From assembly GCF_001194135.2 (NCBI RefSeq), contig NC_068985.1:91848362-91882525 (forward strand): a stretch of DNA of 34,164 nt, in the 5' to 3' direction. The position numbers and the translations under genes are program-made. The notes under the pieces were generated by a model that was given only the letters and a program-made list of their open reading frames with translations, did no database searches and had not been told where the DNA came from. The stretch is from Octopus bimaculoides. Taxonomy: Eukaryota. Positions 1 to 11,640 of this stretch are shown one piece after another; position 1 is the first letter of the stretch, and every line of letters starts with the position of its first letter.

Positions 1-575
1 ATATGTCAAAGAAATTCAAGCAATACATATAACACCAAAGTTAAAAACATTCCCAATAATTCCACAATCCCCAACCTCCAGAGCTATTGAAGAAACTGTT
101 ATCATCAACTGACCAAGATTCCTAACATTTGCAAAACAGAATTAGACAATACGACGCTGTACTACAGATGACATCATTTGGAACCACAAGAGATTTAACT
201 GAGGCAGCATTCATCCAAACTTTCAAGATCCAACCTCAGATTTATCATCGCATTGTCTCTCTACTACCTCTGTCAAATGAATCACCAAAATTGGCCTTTC
301 ATTATTTATAATCTGTACCTGTTTGTTTGGTTACGAAATAAAATACACAAAACGTGTTTCTGAATTACGTGTATTTACTTTATATACATATGAGTTGAAA
401 ACTTTCTTCTAGCATTCCACTTAATATATGTGTTCCATGCTGGCATGGATTGGAGAGTTATTAATGTAGAAATATGGTCTCGTAGCTACTAACAGTTGAG
501 GGTTGCGTAGTCTAGACGGCGTTTTTAGATTTCATTATCCTCTTTAACCCGGGCAACGCCGGATGGTTCTGCTAG
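1..575 (+). mobile_element. Degenerate, internally deleted Helitron (Rep N-terminal fragment plus 3' terminus)
   Basis: The frame from about 69-311 reads NPQPPELLKKLLSSTDQDS*HLQNRIRQYDAVLQMTSFGTTRDLTEAAFIQTFKIQPQIYHRIVSLLPLSNESPKL. This matches the Helitron Rep motif F-x-x-NIR-x-YN-x-x-FQMTSFG...FK-x-QGQVYHRIGSLLP...PKF. A GC hairpin CCCGGGCAACGCCGG (548-562) is followed by CTAG-T (572-576), the canonical Helitron 3' end. Confidence 0.8.
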
Positions 576-2261
576 TACTGAATAAATAATTCCAAAATAT
601 ATTTCACATTCTTCCTTTCATATTGAATTACTTTTCAGAAAACATTTTCCAGTAATTTCAACTGTTATTTTCAATTTAAACGAATATAAAATTTACATAT
701 GTTTTTGGTATACTGAAATAAGCTCTTGTGCTCTAAAGAACACAGCCTGTATTTTTATCTCTCTACTGGGCGGAAAAAAAGAAACAACCAAAACCACATA
801 ACAAGTTAAAAGTTTATATTTTTCATTCAATTTGAAGATTCCTCTTAATTGTAGTTTTGGTCGTTTTGACTACTTCTTCTAGCTGTAAAACTCTTGTGTT
901 TAAATGTACACTATTTTATATAAATATATATATATATATATATATGCATATTTTTATTTACGTACATGTAAGTATGCACATATATACGTGTAAATGTATT
1001 TATATCTACCTATATATTTTATATATACGTATGTATGGATCTATATGCATGTACATAAATATACTTGTATCTATCTAACTATAACAGTATGTATACATGT
1101 CCATATATATGTTTATATATATGTTAGATAAAATGGCTGTGTGGAATTTATCGGACTTTTATAAGGAGAAATGTAGTTATACTGCTATTTTTGGTATTTA
1201 GGGATATCCCTTCGTCAGAGACGATATGAGAGAGATAAGTAGGAGGAAATAGTAGCGTTCAATATAAGGAGTTATTTTCGAAAAGAATGGATATAGGAAA
1301 TAGAGATGGAAAACAGAATAAAAAATAAAGTATAAAATATATATTGGATGTTACAGTCGCAGATCCATTATCCAAGGAAAGTGTGTTGTAGAAGGGGTAG
1401 AAATGCTTGTTGTCCATGGTATGTAGACTCCGATAGGAGTTCATATTTTGCTACTACATATCTATATACATACATATACATCCACATATATACACAGATA
1501 TATACATGCATACACGACTACATATATTTGTGCGCCTGTGTAAATCTATGCAAAATGAGGAAATCTAGAAGGAAGGAGAGAGACGAAGTTACAGTGCGTT
1601 ATATTGGAATTATTAATCCAATTATATGTAACCTAGTATAAGGTAATATGTATATTAGGATTCTATTGAGCAGCATGCCATTTACTAAGACTATTATTCA
1701 CAAGAAACTCTATCCTGTTGGATATCCAATATGTCAAAGTCAGTAATTGTGTTTCATACTGTACAATGTCATTCTAAATGTATTTTAATATTTGATGTTC
1801 ATCATTACAGGCTGAGAATAGTGTTTCATAATACAGTGATTTGCAATAAATGGTAATTGCTCTCGCTCTTCAAAAACTTTGCAATGATGAGTGTTGTAAT
1901 TGCAATGATCAGCAATTAACTGTTGATGAGTTTACCAATGAATATGGATAAAGATAAAATGGAATGTCTTATATCCGTGTCATGGGGTGTTTTTTGGACG
2001 ACGAGTAAAATGTCGGGCAATATGATTTGTAGCATGATAACGTGGGTGCATCCACATAAATTTTGAAGCTCCTTCGAAATGGTAACCGTACCATTCTGAA
2101 ATCCTGTAAAATGTCCTTACATAATATCAAAATAGGCATCGAATATTATAGTTTTGACGATGATATATCAGGAAAACTGGCAGTATATCATTGAAAGCCG
2201 GTTAACACGACAATTATTTACTAAGGGCTACTCGACATAACGATCAAAACTGGTTTCAGGG

Positions 2262-2453
2262 TTTGGTACAAGACCATTAGTTTCAGAAGAGTAAAGTCGA
2301 TTAAGTCGATTCCAGTGCTCAACTGGTCTTTATTTCATTGATCCGACCGGAAACAATAAAAAGCAGAGTCGACTCCTGTTGAATTTGAACTCAGAGCGCA
2401 AACCCAGTGGAAATGCCGCAAAGTATGCTAACGATTCTTCCAGCTCACCGCTT
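2262..2453 (-). mobile_element. Decayed copy of the main tRNA-derived octopus SINE
   Basis: Reverse complement of the family consensus is visible (gaatttgaactcaga B-box region, ctaacgattcttccagctcaccgc head). Confidence 0.7.
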
Positions 2454-3587
2454 TAGGTCAGATATATTGATATGACAGATGTTTACTGGGAAATAATTCT
2501 AGATTATTTTCTTCATTGTTAGAGGATGTTCACAATCGTATACCACCGATTGTAGTTTTCATAAGCTTTCCTGATCTTTAGGCCACGTTATTACATACGT
2601 TAATTGTTAAAACTTGGAAGCCTAGGTCACATTTGGACTCAGGAAGTAAAACAAAAGGAGCAGTCACTGCATTACATCTCGCTCTTATATTTCAGCCAAT
2701 AACCCTACACCCTATTTATATCTATTTATTGACCTGAAAGAACAAAAGGAAAATGGACCTTCGAATGGTTCGAACTCAGAAATTATAGAACCGGAAGAAA
2801 TAACATTCTAGTTAAACGACCAATTCACGATCCTTTACCGGGCCTCCAAGAGAAATTTATGTACGCAATCGTCTAATGGACTTCACCTAAGGCTAACATT
2901 ATGATCGATTAGGATTTCATGAAGAATGATTTTCAGCTGCAGCCAAAGCAGACACTATACTCGAGGGAAGAAATCCAGCAATTTGCATGTAATTCAAATA
3001 GATAGAAATATCACGGTAAGATTCCGAAGTAGTGAAATGGCCTACTTCTCTGAAGAGATGTATATGTATAATTTTTTAAGTTAAAAAGAATGAATTGCTA
3101 ATAGCTAAACTTGAAACAGTTTCTTTGGATTTGTATTATTCCAGGAAATATTGCTGATTCATTAATTCTTCTATCCAGATGTTCCCATTTGCTCAGCTCC
3201 ATTACATAATTGATCGACGAAGTATTTTGTCTTAAAGTAAAATATACAATTTTCTCTGTTGAAGATATTTACTGTAACAAGATAACAATATATATATAAA
3301 CTGTAGTTTGTGAAAGACACACACAAAATAAAAGTATTTAGAATAAACAGCATGTATTCCCTTTAGACAAACAACTACCAATAATGACTATTGCAACGTT
3401 GTATGATTTCTCTATGTACTAGCTTATAGCATTGGTAAACTGCATTAGTGCGCTTATACGTTTAATTTCACAGTTTGGGGCTAAATAGGAAAGCTAGACG
3501 TATTGATTTTTATTGTTCTTTATTCGCATACGTGGTCTGTGTGCAAACATTAGAAACACTTTCAAACAATTGTAAATATGTAAGTGA

Positions 3588-3995
3588 TGTGTGTGTGTGT
3601 GTGTGTGCGTATGTGTGTGTGTGTGTCTGTGTGTGTGAGTGTGTGTGTGTGTGTGTGGATGTATGGATGTATACTGTGCGTTTGTGTGAGTGCACTTACT
3701 GCTATTGCTCTGTTTGTGTTCGTGGTGATTGAAGCGTGTGGTAAAATGGAAAAATGCTCATATACACACATACACAAACGTGTATGTATGTGTGAGTGTG
3801 CGTGTGTGTGTATTTCTCTCAACAATTTAACAAAATAAACATTTACCTGTCTGATTACATACACACATACACACACACATATAAATATAACAGTATATTG
3901 ATACGTGTGAGTGCGTGTAGTGATGTGTCTGCCTGCGTATGTCAGTACATATATTATTATTAGTATCATCATCATTATCATTATTATTATTACTA

Positions 3996-4043
<48 letters not shown>
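3588..4043. repeat. Compound microsatellites (GT)n, (CA)n, (ATT)n
   Basis: Direct reading of the sequence. Confidence 0.95.
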
Positions 4044-4047
<4 letters not shown>

Positions 4048-4324
4048 GAAAACACACCGAGTCGAAGTTTAATCTTTTTCAGCTAACATTTTATTATATG
4101 TTCACACACACACACATGTCCCATGAAGTTTGTTTGAAAGCGTAAAGTTTCCAACTACATCATCAGGATTTCTGAATTCCATACTCTCGGCATCAATTTA
4201 AAGTGATGATGTGTGCTTGCTCTCCTTTTAATAAAGAGGGAATCAATACAATTGTTTTGTATGCAGAGTACCAGTCCTTTTGGCCTTAATTTCTTCAATT
4301 AGACAGGAGCACTCAATGACGTGG

Positions 4325-4395
<71 letters not shown>
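4325..4395. repeat. (CTA)n microsatellite
   Basis: About 23 perfect CTA units. Confidence 0.98.
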
Positions 4396-4622
4396 GGTCC
4401 ACTACTAATAAATAGTAGATTGACACAGACTGCACTGTCGATCGGCGAAGGTAGGCCGTTCGGACCAGTCCCGCAGAGAGGACGAAATACGTCGTTTTAA
4501 TGCAGAACATATCACATACATTCGCACATACATTCATACATACATACATTCATATTTACATGCATTCATACATACATATATAAATACATACATAGATACA
4601 TACATAGATGCATACGTACATA

Positions 4623-5028
4623 CGGTTCTTTCTATATTGGCAAGAAATCTTGGAATAAACTGAATAATGACAAACAAACAAAAATACCCTGTTGTTGATG
4701 TTCAAATTCCAATGAAGGAATCTTGGAACTAGGTTAGAAACCGGTTCTTTCTCTATTGGCAAGAAATCTTGNNNNNNNNNNNNNNNNNNNNNNNNNNNNN
4801 NNNNNNNNNNNNNNNNNNNNNNNNNNNNNNNNNNNNNNNNNNNNNNNNNNNNNNNNCTATATTGGCAAGAAATCTTGGAATAAACTGAATAATGACAAAC
4901 AAACAAAAATACCCTGTTGTTGATGTTCAAATTCCAATGAAGGAATCTTGGAACTAGGTTAGAAACCGGTTCTTTCTCTATTGGCAAGAAATCTTGAAAT
5001 AAACTGAATAATGACATACATACATACA

Positions 5029-5058
<30 letters not shown>
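4623..5058 (+). mobile_element. Repeat-family 3' end (ataccctgttgttgatgttcaaattccaatgaagg...aagaaatcttgaaataaactgaataatga) ending in a (CATA)n tail
   Basis: The same ~120-bp unit recurs twice at 32640-32925, each time followed by (CATA)n. Confidence 0.7.
4772..4856. other. Assembly gap (other gaps: 6625-7013, 9885-10876, 14354-14363, 15277-15449, 30532-30669, 31771-32001)
   Basis: Runs of N. Confidence 1.
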
Positions 5059-5059
<1 letters not shown>

Positions 5060-5135
5060 GTATAGTAGAAAACACCTGCCGAAGGTGCCATGCAAAAAAA
5101 ATAAACCCCGAACCATCTGGTTTGGAAGTCAACTA
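5060..5135 (-). mobile_element. Decayed tRNA-like head of a second SINE family
   Basis: agaaaacacctgccgaaggtgccatgca...aaccccgaaccatctggtt is homologous to the reverse complement of 18600-18680. Confidence 0.6.
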
Positions 5136-6109
5136 GTGTCTGTATGTCTACGTGTGTGTTTGTGTGTGTGTGTGTCGCGCGCGTGTGTGTCACGCGTGTG
5201 TGTGTTTGCGCGTGTTTGTATGCGTGCAATATTTTACCATTGGTGATATGTGCATCTCCGTCTTTTTTTTACAGACACATGCGTGCATAGATATTTAACC
5301 CCCCCTCCTAACGTTGTCTGAGTGTTCGAATAAGTTGCAGTTTAGTTGGTTTGTCTTAGACTGATTTACTGAAAACTAATTCGCAACAAATCGATCTATG
5401 TCAGCCATTAAATACGTGTTGTTCTCTTTAGGAAATTACCTGCTCGGCTAAATTATAATCGACGCACTTTGTTTTTTCTTTCTTCATCATTTCCTTTCAT
5501 GAAAGAAATTTTCCATTTATAGTTTCGAAAAATAATAAATTATTTTGGACATTGGCCGATATATCAAGACTGTTGTGTCTGGCTTCGAAATCACAATTTC
5601 CTGTTGAAGTTCTTATGTCCTAACTTTCGTCTACGAATATACATTTGCTGAAGAAAGACAAGTTTTGAAGTTTCAGTAAATTTCAAAGAAATTTTACTCC
5701 AAAAATTAATTAGAGTAATACTTCTTGTAAATTAAAGTGTTATAAAGACAAAATTATATTTAGATCCACGACTGACGTGACAAACGAAGTCTGTTATTTA
5801 CTCGAATTTCGCTTGAAAATTTAAAAAGATATGTCGTATTTGGTTTTGTATAAATCGCAGTATTTTATATTTCATTTTAACTGAAAAAAACTGAAGTGCG
5901 GGATAAAGATTAAACTATTGAGAGAAAAATTATACAAACAATTAACACTAAATTAAGGCTACAATTTATATACAGGTAAAATATATACAGGTGTAACTGC
6001 GGTATATGTTATACTCTTCAATTTAAAGAATACGTTTTGGACCCGTGTAAATTCCATAGAATGAAAAAATTAAGTAGGCCTGTTTAAGAAAGAAAGGCTG
6101 GTTTGCATT

Positions 6110-6300
6110 CATAGTTTAGCTTTCTTCAAATATTCTTGTTGTCTATATTCGTTTCCTCGCGTCTCCATCTGTGTTGTCTTTTTTTCTTTTTTTATTATAT
6201 CTTCTCGTTGTTCCTCTCTAATCTGTGATCTATATCTGCGCATTCTTGGGCAACTTGCAACCATGTTTCTTGTTAATCCAGATTTTAGGCTGAATTAACT
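6110..6300 (-). mobile_element. Possible decayed RTE-type LINE C-terminal fragment
   Basis: The minus frame LD*QETWLQVAQECADIDHRLERNNEKI**KKKKRQHRWRR resembles the RTE C-terminus (TWE-x-A-x-DR...KR-x-RRK). The match is weak. Confidence 0.25.
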
Positions 6301-6436
6301 CTCATGTATAAATATCAATTTTGAAGCAAGCAGACAATAGTTGCAGTTATGCGTATGCGATGGTCGCTACAAAAATATTACTTCAATAAAAACATAATTT
6401 TCAATATCAACACACCACCACCAACACCGCTATCTG

Positions 6437-6438
<2 letters not shown>

Positions 6439-6486
<48 letters not shown>
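6439..6486. repeat. (CT)n microsatellite
   Basis: Direct reading. Confidence 0.98.
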
Positions 6487-6489
<3 letters not shown>

Positions 6490-7562
6490 CTAAAGCTGAA
6501 CTATGAACTTTTATGTTACTTTTGTCTTCTTTCTTTCCATCTCCTTATTCTTTTACTCACTTCCTCTTTACCGACATCTCAATATATATCATTCTCATTT
6601 TCCCTATTTTTTTCACTTTTTGGTNNNNNNNNNNNNNNNNNNNNNNNNNNNNNNNNNNNNNNNNNNNNNNNNNNNNNNNNNNNNNNNNNNNNNNNNNNNN
6701 NNNNNNNNNNNNNNNNNNNNNNNNNNNNNNNNNNNNNNNNNNNNNNNNNNNNNNNNNNNNNNNNNNNNNNNNNNNNNNNNNNNNNNNNNNNNNNNNNNNN
6801 NNNNNNNNNNNNNNNNNNNNNNNNNNNNNNNNNNNNNNNNNNNNNNNNNNNNNNNNNNNNNNNNNNNNNNNNNNNNNNNNNNNNNNNNNNNNNNNNNNNN
6901 NNNNNNNNNNNNNNNNNNNNNNNNNNNNNNNNNNNNNNNNNNNNNNNNNNNNNNNNNNNNNNNNNNNNNNNNNNNNNNNNNNNNNNNNNNNNNNNNNNNN
7001 NNNNNNNNNNNNNTATATATATATATATATATGCATACATATATAACTGCCAGATTTCTGACAAAGAATGGAGCAGATTTAAATGGACACATTACTAAAA
7101 GAAATAATGTGAAATATACATAGCTATAATGTAGGGCATAGATTTCCCCTTGCATTTTTTTATGGGTGCACCGTAATACGTAACAACAGATCTGCATAAG
7201 AGCTTAGTATTGCTGGTGTTCACCTAGAAAGAACAAAGGAAACTCGTTCGCATTCTTCAAGCACAATTGATTCATAACACCAAACACATTTGGAGAACAA
7301 TCCAGGTATTCCCCTTTTGAGATTTCTTAAATGAACCTACTTACACAATATTTACACATATGGAATATATACACCTTCACCTGAACATCTAATTCAATAC
7401 GTCAATTATCTACATGTTATACTCTGTCATTCATCTTTCTCGATTGAATAGAATGAAACCAATATTAACATCCTGCGTGTCGATGTTAACGACTGCATCT
7501 CACATAGACATGCGACACTGTTCTACTGCAAATGTTCTTTGTTACTAAAAAATGATTTCAAA

Positions 7563-7924
7563 TTTTTGCACCAGGCCAGAAGTTTGGAGGAGCGGCAAAA
7601 TCGGCTATATCAACCCCAGCGCCCATGTGGTAGTTATCGTTCGTCGAAAGGATGAAGGGTGAAGTTTCACTCGGAACGTAAAGATTGAAGAAGTGCCTCC
7701 AAACATTTTGCCTGGCACGTTAACGATTCCTTCAACTCACCGCCTTATCCGTACTTAAAATTAGCTTAACATTTTGACACAAGGCCAGCAATTCTATGTG
7801 GTAATCAAACCGATTACATCGAACCCAGTGCTTAACACCGAAAGGATAAAAGTCAAAGTTGATCGCAACGAAATTTGAACTCGCAACGTAAAGATTGATA
7901 AAATGCTGCTAAGCATTTCCAGCT
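7563..7924 (-). mobile_element. Two tandem decayed main-family SINE copies (about 7563-7747 and 7773-7924)
   Basis: Both carry the gcacaaggccag tail, the cgaaaggat core and a taacgattc/ctcaccgcc head. Confidence 0.7.
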
Positions 7925-7975
7925 CAACGAGTATCAGATACCATAGTATTCCTTAAGAGTAAACGTGGAGAGAGC

Positions 7976-8086
<111 letters not shown>

Positions 8087-9687
8087 CTTTGATTAGTTGC
8101 AGAGTTATTGAGCAATAACCTTCTTTCCCAATCTGAAATAAAGACCTCAAAGATTTATTTGAGAAAGTGTGGTGTTTATTAGGTATAAACAAATGAATGC
8201 TTTTGTCTACATTTTTGCTTTTAATTCCGATAAATAAATACATTTATAGGGATTCTACGTGAGACAGACAACACACAGAGACTGAGAAGAGAGAGAGGTA
8301 GAGAGACAGACAATCAGATACACAGACACACAGAAACGAAAGATATAGACAGACAGACAGGGATTTGACTGAGAACCACTTATCTTATGTGTTAATTCAC
8401 TGCTGTTATGTTTTAAGTTGTAAATTTATATACGCAGCACGATAAATCTGTGTTTAATTATACATAAAATAAAATAAATAACGCATTTCTGTATCTTTCA
8501 AGCTAGGGAGTGAAGCAAAAACGTTCTTTCACTTGCAATGATGGATGATATATATATGTATGTGCATGTGTGTATGTGTGTGTGTTTGTGTGAGTGTGTG
8601 TGAGTGCAAAGAGAGAGAGAGAGAGAGAGAGTTATTCAGAACAGGAAGTGAGCCGCACATAAATAACTTAATAGCTTTCAAAGCCGATGTGCTTCCATAT
8701 GTCTGCACCTGTATTCTAAGGAGTTATCTGTTAGGTTTAATCTTTCCTACATTCAACATTTACATTTATCACTAGAATTGTGAATGAAAAGCTTGCTTAA
8801 AACGTTCTAAGCATTACAATTTGTATTCTATGTCTAATTCACATGCTCCAGATCAGTACTGACATGTATATGGTGATGAGATTAAAACATTTCAAGGAAG
8901 ATCGTAACGTTTTGATATTAGAGCGCCTGGGCATGTGCGTCGGTCTTTCTGTGCGAATCTGTGCCTTTGTGTTTGTATAGGCGTGTGTCGGGTGAATGTT
9001 TTGGCGGGATATACATCCCTGTGTCTTCTGTACAGTTCTAATATACTAAATTTTACTTGTGAAGGACTTGGCACACTCAAGGGCAGATAACTGCCACAGG
9101 GCAGAGTCAAGGGCAGATAGCTGCCTCGGGATACGATCGAAACTAGGACCACTTTATTATATCCACATCTATATCTAAATATATATAGTTAGTTTTCAAT
9201 AAATCGCGTATGGTATTCCCCTGGTTAAATCACTTCAGTGGCTAATGTTCGTTGTGTGTTTAGTTAATGAGAGAGACGGAATATGGAAGATACGAAAATC
9301 TTTACTGATCACTGCATCGATCCCTCACGGGCGGAATACTGAACAATATGTATCGATGCCAGACGGGTCATAACGATTGTAGAGATAGACAAAGATTCTC
9401 ATGTCTTTCATCTTCATGCCCTCATTAATTATTTATATATACATGCATACATACATACATACATATACATATATACATATATATATGTATGTATGTATGT
9501 ATGTGTTCGAAGGTTATTTATCTAATTTCAGTGGAATCTATCCACTGGTTTTCAGAAATAGAGTTATTAATATTTCTAAGTCTCTCTAAAGGAGACTACG
9601 GCAGCGGTACTGGGAATTAATAGTTATCGCCAAGCCAACATGGCAGTCCCAAAATTAGGCCGAAAGCTGCCGTGAATTAGCTCCAAG

Positions 9688-9884
9688 AAGCCATCGCCTC
9701 TAGCTAGCTATGTGACACACGAAACCTGGCTGGAGCCTGGCTGCTCTGCATTGACAAGGGGCAACACCCTGAAACTAATCTGCAGATGCCAAACCAGCAG
9801 GGGGAAACTGCTGACCTCCCCTCTTCGAAGGTTATAAAGGACACAGGTTTCGTGTGTCACATAGCTAGCTAGAGGCGATGGCTT
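9688..9884. repeat. Perfect 41-bp inverted repeat (9688-9728 / 9844-9884) around a 115-bp spacer, inside a GC-rich repeat-like segment
   Basis: aagccatcgcctctagctagctatgtgacacacgaaacctg and its exact reverse complement. The right arm runs into a gap. Confidence 0.9.
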
Positions 9885-10943
9885 NNNNNNNNNNNNNNNN
9901 NNNNNNNNNNNNNNNNNNNNNNNNNNNNNNNNNNNNNNNNNNNNNNNNNNNNNNNNNNNNNNNNNNNNNNNNNNNNNNNNNNNNNNNNNNNNNNNNNNNN
10001 NNNNNNNNNNNNNNNNNNNNNNNNNNNNNNNNNNNNNNNNNNNNNNNNNNNNNNNNNNNNNNNNNNNNNNNNNNNNNNNNNNNNNNNNNNNNNNNNNNNN
10101 NNNNNNNNNNNNNNNNNNNNNNNNNNNNNNNNNNNNNNNNNNNNNNNNNNNNNNNNNNNNNNNNNNNNNNNNNNNNNNNNNNNNNNNNNNNNNNNNNNNN
10201 NNNNNNNNNNNNNNNNNNNNNNNNNNNNNNNNNNNNNNNNNNNNNNNNNNNNNNNNNNNNNNNNNNNNNNNNNNNNNNNNNNNNNNNNNNNNNNNNNNNN
10301 NNNNNNNNNNNNNNNNNNNNNNNNNNNNNNNNNNNNNNNNNNNNNNNNNNNNNNNNNNNNNNNNNNNNNNNNNNNNNNNNNNNNNNNNNNNNNNNNNNNN
10401 NNNNNNNNNNNNNNNNNNNNNNNNNNNNNNNNNNNNNNNNNNNNNNNNNNNNNNNNNNNNNNNNNNNNNNNNNNNNNNNNNNNNNNNNNNNNNNNNNNNN
10501 NNNNNNNNNNNNNNNNNNNNNNNNNNNNNNNNNNNNNNNNNNNNNNNNNNNNNNNNNNNNNNNNNNNNNNNNNNNNNNNNNNNNNNNNNNNNNNNNNNNN
10601 NNNNNNNNNNNNNNNNNNNNNNNNNNNNNNNNNNNNNNNNNNNNNNNNNNNNNNNNNNNNNNNNNNNNNNNNNNNNNNNNNNNNNNNNNNNNNNNNNNNN
10701 NNNNNNNNNNNNNNNNNNNNNNNNNNNNNNNNNNNNNNNNNNNNNNNNNNNNNNNNNNNNNNNNNNNNNNNNNNNNNNNNNNNNNNNNNNNNNNNNNNNN
10801 NNNNNNNNNNNNNNNNNNNNNNNNNNNNNNNNNNNNNNNNNNNNNNNNNNNNNNNNNNNNNNNNNNNNNNNNNNNNTATAGCTTCAGCTCAGAACTGCGG
10901 CCATGCTGATGTACTGCCGTTTAATAATAATAATAATAATAAT

Positions 10944-11143
10944 CCTTTCTTCTAAAGGCACAAGGCCTGAAATTTGGGGAAAGAGGTTAATTCGATTACA
11001 TCGACCCCAGTACTCAACTGGTACTTAATTTATCGACCCCGAAAGGATGAAAGCAAAGTCGACCTCGGCGGAATTTGAACTCAGAACGGAAAGACGGACG
11101 AATTACCGGTAAGCATTTTGCCCAGCGTGCTAACGATTCTACC
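10944..11143 (-). mobile_element. Main-family SINE, near full length
   Basis: Close match to the reverse complement of the 31240-31457 copy. Confidence 0.9.
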
Positions 11144-11424
11144 ATATATATATATTTATATTCATATACTCACACATACGCGTATACATGTCTATTGCGT
11201 CCACATGTTAGCACAAATTCAAAGAAAATACCTGCATAATTTATTCCTTATAACATGATGTACGTCGTTATATAACTAAGGCATGTATCTAACTAACCGG
11301 TTCTCTGCGTAAGTACATAATTTATATGTGATTGCGTGTACCTGCACGTGCACACTTATTATTAAATCTATGTGTTTGTATATAGACATATCGGTGCGTG
11401 TGTGTATATTATAAATACAAGCAA

Positions 11425-11640
11425 AGCTTACCTGTTTCACAAGACAAATACATAATTCTACTGTATGTAGCTCTTAACCAACATACTTTTCTTATTGCAG
11501 TCTCATGTTGAAATATACAGCGTGTACTGGTAACTAATCATCTCCACCAGTTATTTAAAGTTTCATACATTCCAAACTTCTGCATTTCTCGTTGTCACTT
11601 CTCTTTTTCCTAGTGCTACACTAGCTCTGGCCTATCCATA
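11425..11640 (-). mobile_element. Possible decayed RTE-type endonuclease N-terminus
   Basis: Minus frames ARASVALGKREVTTRNAEVWNV*NFK*LVEM and AIRKVCWLRATYSRI resemble the RTE endonuclease motifs GTWNV...ELVEM and CIQEVRWRGASAR. Confidence 0.3.

Noticed and set aside
4632-4996. Apparent 140-bp tandem duplication across the gap
   Set aside because: 4632-4771 and 4857-4996 are identical, including a private variant (CTATATTGG), and flank an N-gap. This is most likely an unmerged contig overlap.
857-6486. Many 60-190 aa ORFs rich in YI, CV, HT, SL, N or L runs (also at 7924-8775, 14004-16252 and 30484-32136)
   Set aside because: They are translations of microsatellites, or of N-gaps read as X.
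7040-7123. Ankyrin-like peptide TARFLTKNGADLN
   Set aside because: A single short match with a weak acceptor, a nearby stop and no other ankyrin repeat.
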